From an uncultured Planctomycetia bacterium (GTDB lineage Bacteria; Omnitrophota; Gorgyraeia; Tantalellales; Tantalellaceae), in assembly GCA_964409365.1 (NCBI GenBank), contig CAYPCX010000008.1:265-64264 (forward strand): DNA of 64,000 bases. Direction: 5' to 3'. The position numbers and the translations under genes are program-made. The notes beneath the pieces were generated by a model, which ran no database searches, had not been told where the DNA came from, and was given only the letters and a program-made list of their open reading frames with translations. Positions 54,001-63,000 of the stretch are shown here, piece after piece; the first letter of the stretch is position 1; each line of letters starts with the position of its first letter.

Positions 54001-57000
54001 TAATCATCCAAAGATCTCGGATGTATCTTCTCGCGCGCGGCTATTATTTTTTGCACTTCATCCAGGCCCACTTTCTCCCGCAATTTGTATATAGCATTTA
54101 TCACGACCGCGTTCATGAAACCGAACATCGGGCAGAGGTTCTCCTTGAAATAAGCCGTATTGAAAGATAAAACGCCTCCCTCATTCATGGCGGAATACAC
54201 TTCCCGGAACACATCCTCATAATCATCTATAAGGTGCATGCCGTTGAAGCAGATCCACACGTCAACAGGTTCAGCCACTTTCTCCGCGAACTCCTCGGCC
54301 ATTCCCTGCACGAACGTTATCCGCCTGTCGCCCCTGAACCTTTTCTTTGCCTCTTCCAGGGATGTTCTATCGGGCTCCAAAGCGGTAACACTGGCCTGGT
54401 CACCCAGACAAGGAAGAAGCACACCTAAAGACCTGCCTGTCCCGGTCGCGACTTCGGCAACATGGCCGTTTTCGCCTTCTATCTCGGCAAGTTTGATAAG
54501 TTCTCTGTTGTTATCATCGCTCCATTCAGCGCCCGCGAACTTGTCATAACCGGACGGCTTCGCAACCTCGTCCTTGCCTTGCCGCGTTATCAGCGCATAC
54601 ACGTCCTTCCCCAGCGTAGCAAAAGTTAAACCTGTCATACCTCCCGCTACCGCAAAACATATGAACACCAGAACACATCCGGCAAGACTGATCGGATAGC
54701 TGCTGCAAAAATAATAAACAGCCCCTACCCCGGACGCCAATGCCAGAAGAAAAGCGAAAATGCCTCCCCGGGTCCCAACGGAGATCTTGAAAGACGCTAT
54801 CTTCTTCCACGGCATCTTCCACGCCAGAAGGATAGCCGCCGCAAGTGCCGCTACTATACCCAGCACCTGAGCGCCGAGAGCGACCACGGCGATAGTAATG
54901 ACAGATAGCCCCCCGAGAAGTTCGAGAAGAGTAACTCCCCGGATCTTTTTGGTTTCCCTTTTCTTGCTCACATCAACTATTAAGATCCCCTCCTCGTCGG
55001 GTTTGGACAGAACGGTTTTGGCCCCTGATGACACAGCGCAAGAGTGGCCCCTTTCAAACCGATCCGGACGATCACGATACGCGATATCTTCAGGTTTGAC
55101 CGCCGTATTCACGAATATCGCCGTTGTTTTGCAATCATTGCTGAGCTTTTCCACCCGTGATTGGCCCTCGGAAGGTATCGTCGAAGAAGGAACTATTATT
55201 AGATCGGCTTTACGCGCATCCCTTGACACTTGTAAATAAGCCGCCTTATCCGCGATTATGCGGTCGGACTCCATGCAAATAAGAGCACAAACCTTGTGAC
55301 CTTTTAATGTAAACCTGCGGTCCTCTGATTCGTGGGAGAATTTTGTGAACTTCTTGGCCCCGCCCATTGTCCGGATGACATAATACGTGATATCCAACCC
55401 TGAATTCACCAGACTGAATCCCAAAGCTATACCCGTCTCACTGGCCACTTTCGTTAAAGCGGACACCCTTTCTTTCTCTTCTTCTTCGGTCCTCAGAGAA
55501 CCCCGGTCCAGGAGCTCAGGGAAAAGCACCAGATCAGGGGCGTTTTCCTTGAATCTTGTTTTCAACGACTTAACTATAGCTGCCATCCTCCGGGTATTAT
55601 CCCCAAAATCTCCTCTCTCGATCTGTGCGCACGCTACCCTTAATCCCCTCTTTCTGACCCCGCCTTTCAGTTCAACAGGGGGGACCAGGCCGGGATACTC
55701 CTCTTTCTGCTCTTCATCCTCTCCCGCGAGCCTTCTCCACTTCTTTTCTTCCTCTTTATTGGTAGTATCTACGAAAAACCCCCGGGGGAAATTCCCTGCG
55801 GCCAGGACCATCATCGAAAGAATACCGAGCATAAATATCGTCATGGGCCATCCTGTCCCGAATCCCGCCATCAATTCGCCGGCGGGCGCGGCCTGCCCGC
55901 CGGATGAGAGCGCTTTAGCCGCTATTCCAATGGTGGCTGCCGCCGCGATGAACATCCCGAGAACAACATTATCGTCATCATCTTCTTCTTTTTCTTCTTC
56001 TTTGAGATCTTCCGCATAAACGGTCGTGAGTATGAAATGCGCCGTCCATTTCACGTATTGTGCCGCTTCATACGCCTCATCATACCCTTTGCCCATATTG
56101 TCTATCGCCTTATTGGACATCTTTTCAAGGCCGGCCAGCTTCTCTCTGGCGTCCTCAAGGACGTTCTCCAGGCCTGCCCTGTTCATGCTCCAGATATCAT
56201 CCTTGCTGAAAGCGAAACCTGTTAGTTTCTCTTCCGCACGGGCAGCACTCTTGGCTTTTCCGGGTCTTTCCCGTTCCAACCTGGCATCAACTATACTTAA
56301 CTGGTCATCGACCAGGCTTTGTATTTTCGCGAATTGTTCATCGGCCTTCATCCAGGCGATCAACCCCTTACCCAGATCAAGCATCTTTAAAGCGTGGCTG
56401 TAATGCTCGGCTGCTTTTTCAGGGTCGTTATCCCGGACGGCGTCACCGCGTTCTTTCTCTCCCACGACATCCTGCTCTAACCTCTCCAACTGTTCGGTCT
56501 TTCCATCGTCATTCTGTGACGACCAGGAAGTAACGCTTTTAAGGTCTGATATCACTATCGGCGGCTGTCCGTTGGAAACACGCTCTTTATTAGACTCGGC
56601 CAGCAGGCTCTTCAATGTATATGGCGCGCATCCCATCCTCGCCATCATTTTCCTCGCGATGGCCGTACCTTCATATTCAGCGCTCACTTCCTGATACGCT
56701 TTATTGAACCTCTTGACCGTAAAGTGCTTCCTGCTGAATACAGGCGCGGGGAGACCTTCTTCTTTACGTCTTTTTTCATCTTCTTCTATTAACCTTGCGA
56801 GGACCACATCGTTGACACCCAAAGCCTTCTTTATCTTTGCCTGCATGGGATAGTCCCCTTCTTTTTCCAGTATTTCCTCATACACCTTCCTGAAGTCATC
56901 GACCGTCAGCGGTGCTCCCCATTCCCGTGCCGGTAAGAAAGTCGTAAGGGCCACCAGCGCAATCACGTTGAGAGGGCCGAGCATATTACAGAGCACGTAA

Positions 57001-60000
57001 AGAAGCTGGAAGAGACATCCTGAAACAAACGCGAATATCCCCACCTGGATGGAATACACAAGGAGATTGCTTTGCAGCCACCGGGGCAGTTTGAACTTTT
57101 CCTGGAGCCAGTCGATGATCTTGTGGGTCCATTCGTGGGGGAGGTCGATAAGTTTTCCCAATATGGAATCGTCCTTATCCAGTTTGATCTTTTTCGTTCT
57201 AAGATCAAAAGACGCGGTCTCGCGGCGGTCAAAGAAAACGGAAAAACCTCTTTTTTGGGGAATCGCGTGCGTCGGCGTCGACTCAACGATAGGTATATCC
57301 AGAGCGCCGCTCTCTATTGCCCCGCTTACAAGAAGCAAGAATCCGGCCAGGCCAAACCCGATCCAAATGGCCGGGTGCAAGTTCCAACTCGCGGCATAAA
57401 TAGCACATAACCCCGGCACGACCGCGACCCAAACATCAAATGCAAATGCCGGGACGCGTATCATAGCATCCGTATCCAGGTTCATGCGGCCTATCATCGC
57501 TCTCAAAAAGAGCAGCACTCCCGCCGCGCCGAGCCCGACCGATACGGCCGGGTGCAACCCTAATACTATGGAAAGAACGGAAAGAGTCCCCGCAGCAAGA
57601 CCTGCCCGCGCCGCGCCCCGGATGGTGGATTTCTGCTCCCCTCCCATCTTTTTTTTCAATCTTTCTATTCCGGCTGCGACTTTTTTCCGCTCTTCTGTTT
57701 CAGCCATTTTCTGTTCTTCTACCCTTGCAACTTCTTCCAGACAAATAGCTTTTTCTTTTTCCGGCAGTCTTTCAACAAGAAGTCTGATCTGATCAGCCGT
57801 CTCTCTTACAGCATCTTCCGCCACAAACTTCCCGCCACTGAGACTGTTTAATTGTTCCCTTATTGTTCTCAAATTTTTGTTTTTATTGACTTGCCTTATC
57901 TCTTCGTCTTTTTGATCTTTTTCTTTTTCGGCTTCGTCGATCAGGTGTTCTATGTCTTCCGGTATCCTCAACTGGCGCAAACAAGCAATGCAAGCTTCAA
58001 TCTCTTTAGCCTTTTCCCGGAGTTCTCCCCATGGGTCTTCCCCGTCCGGATCGATCTTTCGAACATCATTCCGCAAAAACTCTAACCTTAATAATGCTTC
58101 ACCTATCTTATGCATCCTGATCTCTTTGCCTTTTCGGTCTTTTTCGATCACGGCTTCATGCACGGCTTCACGAACCAGACGATTACTTCTCACAAATCCA
58201 AACTGGCGCAAACAAGCAATGCAAGCTTCGATCTCTTTAGCCTTTTCCTGAAATTTCTCCTCCGAGCCCTCTTCTGCCGGATCGATCTCTTGAACATCTT
58301 TCCGCAAAGTCTTTACCTTTGAGAATGCTTTACCTACCTTATTCATCCTGTCTACTTCAGCTTGCAGTTTCTCCTCCATTTCAGCCGCTTTACCGGGATT
58401 GAACGCCGATAACTTTTTCAGCGCTTCCCTGGCCTCACCGACCTGAGGCAGTGAACCATAATCCTCTTCTGTTATCACAGAAGACATCATGCTCATGGGC
58501 ATGTTAACTTTATTCAGAAGCTCTTTATATCCGGTGCTGCTCTGCTCGAATCGTTTCGTGAGAGCCTCTTCGGTCATCATAGACAAGTTGTTCGAATCGC
58601 GTTCTGAGGCAGGTTTGCTTTCCCCGTTGGCCTGGAGAGCGTTTTCGATCCCCTGCACCACGTCATCTATTTCGGAAAGTTTCCGGTTCACCTCGGCCAT
58701 GGCTGCCGCGGGATCCTTCTTATAATTTGCCAATAATCTATTCTTAGCCTTGCCGACTTTTTTCCCGGTTTCTGTTTCTTTAGCCGTCTGTTCGGCGAAC
58801 TTTTCCAGGGATTGCCCGATATCGGAACAGGCTTTGATCTCTACATACGCTTGTTTCGTTTTTTCGGCTGCCTGTTTCAATCGCCCTAAAAGTCCGTACA
58901 TGCGCGCACAGACAATATCGGCATACATCTTTGCCAATCCATCCTCACCGGTAAATTCGGGAACAGTGTGACCGGTTTCCTGTTCCAATCTCCCTATGCC
59001 GCTTTCCAGCATCTTGGCAACCCCGGACCCGCCGTTCACCAGCCCGGCTTCATTTATCGAAAGTACCGCGGATAACAGTGTCTTTGCTTCTTCCCCGCTC
59101 CTTTCGTTCATATATGAGGTTGTGTCTTCTTCTATCATTTCCGGGGATAACAGCAAAGCCTCCCTCAGCTCTCTGGCAATCTGCCTCTGATCTTTGCTTC
59201 CTGAAGCGACCATGCTATCAACGAGACACAATGACACTAAGGTCCACATGCGCTCCTGCCACGACCCTTCTCCCTCCAATACCGGCGGTGAGGAGGCAGC
59301 CAACTGTTCCAGACGCCTGATGTCATCCTCTTTTTGCCCAAACCTTGAAGATATCCTGGTAAATTGTTCTTCGCTGATAACGAATTCGCCTCTTTCATCG
59401 ACGGCGACAAGCGCGCGGATCAGCGGGGTCCAGATCCTGGAACTCTCGCTATGGATCAATGACTGGGAAAAGGCGTCCAGCCGTTCCTGCTGGGGACCCG
59501 TCAAATGGAACCAGTTCCACTCTGCAGCAAGCTTTTGCCCCGGGCTCAATTCTGCCGATTTTTCCGCGGCGGTGGATCCATCCTCGGAAACCGGTTCCTC
59601 GGCGGCAGGCTCTTCTGCGGCAACCGGGGCATCCTCTGAATCGGCGCCTGCATCGGCCGTGCCTTCATCCTCAACCGCTTTTTCCGCTTCATCCGGCGAG
59701 GCTGGTGAAGCCACTTCATTAGCCTCGTCCTCGGGGATTATGGGCTCTCCGTCCGCGGCGACCAGCTCCACGCTTTTATCTTCCACGAAATAATCGGGTA
59801 TTCCGAAAAACCTCTCCACCAGGGCTTCCGTGACCCTGACATGGACCAGGTGCCTGAAAATGTCAAAACCGAACCTGTCAAAAGCCGCCCCGTTACCCAG
59901 GAGATTATCGGCTTCCTTGCCCAGATCTTCTACAACTTCCGCGACGATCTCCTTGTGGTCCACGACCTCCTGGAGATACTTGCCCAGGGCGCCTTCCAGG

Positions 60001-63000
60001 TATTCTTTCTTGAGCCGCTCAAGTGCCTCCTCGGCCTCAGCCCCTTCCAGCTTCCGGTCTGCCAACTCCTGCAATTCCGTTTCCACCTGCTTTAGATCCG
60101 GGTTATCGCTGGAGTGGAAACCCTCCAGGACGCCTTTCACGAATATGATCATATCCGTAAAACGATCCTTTGAAACAAGCTCATTTTTCCGTAACTGTTT
60201 GGCCCCTATTTTCTCGGGGTCATCCCTGGACGGCACAAGAATCAATACGGTCCGGCCTTCCGCGAGATCATAAAGGTCTCCCATCGAGGGCATGCCCGAG
60301 AAATACCCCCTTCTCACTACTACGTCGGGCTCTCCCTCGACCTCCCTGTCGGTCCTGTCCTTGACCGAAGCGCAGTTAATGTTCGTCCTTTTTTCCATCA
60401 ACTCAAGTTCGCCACTGTCACGGGCGGCAAGGTACATGCTGCATCCGACCGGCGGCGATGCTCCCATACTGAAACCATTTCTCCACAAGAGGTCCGAAAA
60501 ACCGTCACTTGTTTCCTGGAACTGATACGCCCAGACAAAATCATCCGGATATGTTGCAGTGTATGATTCGGTCTCTTTTTCATTGATGAATTCTCTCATC
60601 AGGAAATACGAATAATACCTTATATACTCGCGAAGATCGTACAAGCATATGTTAAAACTGCGCATGGTCTCGTTATCGAAAGGCACCTCTTTATAGAGTT
60701 CAAGTTCCTCCCGCGCGTTTCCCGCGAACTTCCTGACGGCCGCATGTGTATAAAACAGGAACTGCAGCGTTATCGCCTTGTGCACGTTATCCGGACGGGC
60801 GCCTTGTTCCTTGAGAGCACCACTGAGCTTATCAAGCATCTGCTGGGGCCTGTCGCTGACAACGCGGGACATACCTTTAAGGATATCGCGGTTTTCTTCA
60901 CATGAGAACGGCTTCAACCCCTGTGACAGCTCTTCCATCTCGCGGGCCAGCACGCTGTCGACCTGGTCGGTCTGCTCCTGTAAACTTTCGAGTAACGTAC
61001 TCTTCGCTCTTACCACTTCTTCCCGGGACATTTTCCGCGAGGGATCCGCGGTGATCTTACGCGCTTCCCACACGAACGGCGCTGATACTATCGCCTGCTT
61101 AACGTGATCTTTGATCCCACCGAGCAACCTTTCAGCTTCCCCGGGATGCACGCCTTGTCCGATAAACCCCTCTTTAAGGGCATCGATCCTCTCCTGGATA
61201 GCGTTCGGGGAGCGAGCCCTGTCTTTCTCGATGACTTCCATCCTTTTATCCAGCATATCGATCGTCTCTTCCAGCGTGTAATAAGCCCTGTGCCATTCAT
61301 GCAATTCGTGAAATCTATAGAAAAGTTTGAAGACCTCGTTGTCATCATCCATGGGAGCCCCGGCGTTCTTTAAGGAATCGCGGGTGAAATCCGAGTATGC
61401 GTCAACGTAAAAATCTTGGGTCGCTTGTCTGAACTTTCCGAATTCCTTTTCACAAGAGAGACCCGCCAGCGCTCTTTCCTTGAAAGCAAGGTATGCCAGC
61501 CACAGCTTTCCGCCCTTTTCCTTGTCTATCGTTTCCGGCAACTGTTCGGCAAGAGCGGGCGCGATAGAACGCAGCTCTGACAGCGACCCGTTCATCTCTG
61601 ACAAAAGGTTGTCCAATCTCCGGGTCAATAAGTCCCTGTCCGTGGCATATATTTCCACGTCCATCCAGATATGTGACGCACATGTGGCGATCTCATGCCA
61701 GTATCTTTTGCATTCGGTGATCACCCTTTCCACGTCCTTGATCAATTTGTCGCCCCCTTTGACCGATCCGGATATCTTTTTCCTCAGCTGGTCCATCTCA
61801 TCTTGTATATCCTTGAAACACGTCCCGGGCTCGAGCCGGTCATGGAGTTGAAAATATATCTGTTTCGGCTCGTGGACAAAACTCTCCCATTCTTCGATAA
61901 AAGGAGCGAACCTGAAAACGTATACCACGGTCCCGCCCTGATGAGACAAACTGTAATCCATCGGTCCGCCGAACGCCTCGATAGGCACCTCGATCACACC
62001 GGGCTCACCGCTGACCACTACCCAGAAACCGTCATTTCCCCCATACGAATATATCCCCGGTTTAGGTAATGTCCCGTCCCAGGAGGATATCATCTCCTCT
62101 TTTATCTCCTCCCAGACGCCCTCGGCAAGCCTCAAGGTCCTCTTCTCTTCCTGCCTTAATACCGGTACGACCTCTTCCGCCCTGTATCCCGGCCGGGCAT
62201 AATAAAGGTAGGGGAATTTTTCCCTATATTTTTCTTTCATATTATCGGATAATCCCGCCGTGACCGCATCAAGAAGGATGCCGGGCTTTGCCAGCACGTA
62301 ATCGATACCCGCTTTGGCTCTGCCCTCAGAGTAAAGCGTGACAAACTCGATATTCCCGTTGGCATCTCTGGCGAGCTTTCCACCTGTGATCAGCCTCCCA
62401 CAGCGCGCCGGGTCGTATATGGGCCTTTTCCTTTCACTGTCCCAGAGGTAGAAATGAAGCACCCTTTTTTCTTCATCGGACATGCCCCTCCTGCCGGGCA
62501 TGTCGATCTTGTAACCCTCCTTCATGGTGACCTCTATATATGAAGGGTATAATCCGCGGGCGGGAATGACCTTAAGCGAATCTATATGCTCGTCTTTCAG
62601 TATCCGCGCCATCTCTTCGGGGCTCAGGCTGGGCGCAAAACCGCATTCCTCAAAGAACCGCGTCGTCGCGGGTGAAGGCAAACCTTTACTCTCCTTTGAC
62701 CTGGACACCACTATGTTATAGTTGATATTCTCTTCTTCGAACGGCCTTCTCATCATCTTGTCTATGAACTCTTTCCTGTTTTCTTTTATTTCAGGGTCGT
62801 CTTCCGGCCTTTCCTCAAGCCCTCTTCTTATCATGTCATGCAACCGTTCTTTTTCTCCGTCATCCCTGCCGCAGGCGCGAGAGGCTGTCTTGGCCGAGTC
62901 GAGGTAAAGAAATCCGTAGTCCAGTCCGCAAAGCAACGCTCTCTCATCCCGCACAAGGGCAACTATCCTCTGGTGATCCTCCTCGCCGGTAAACTGCGCG

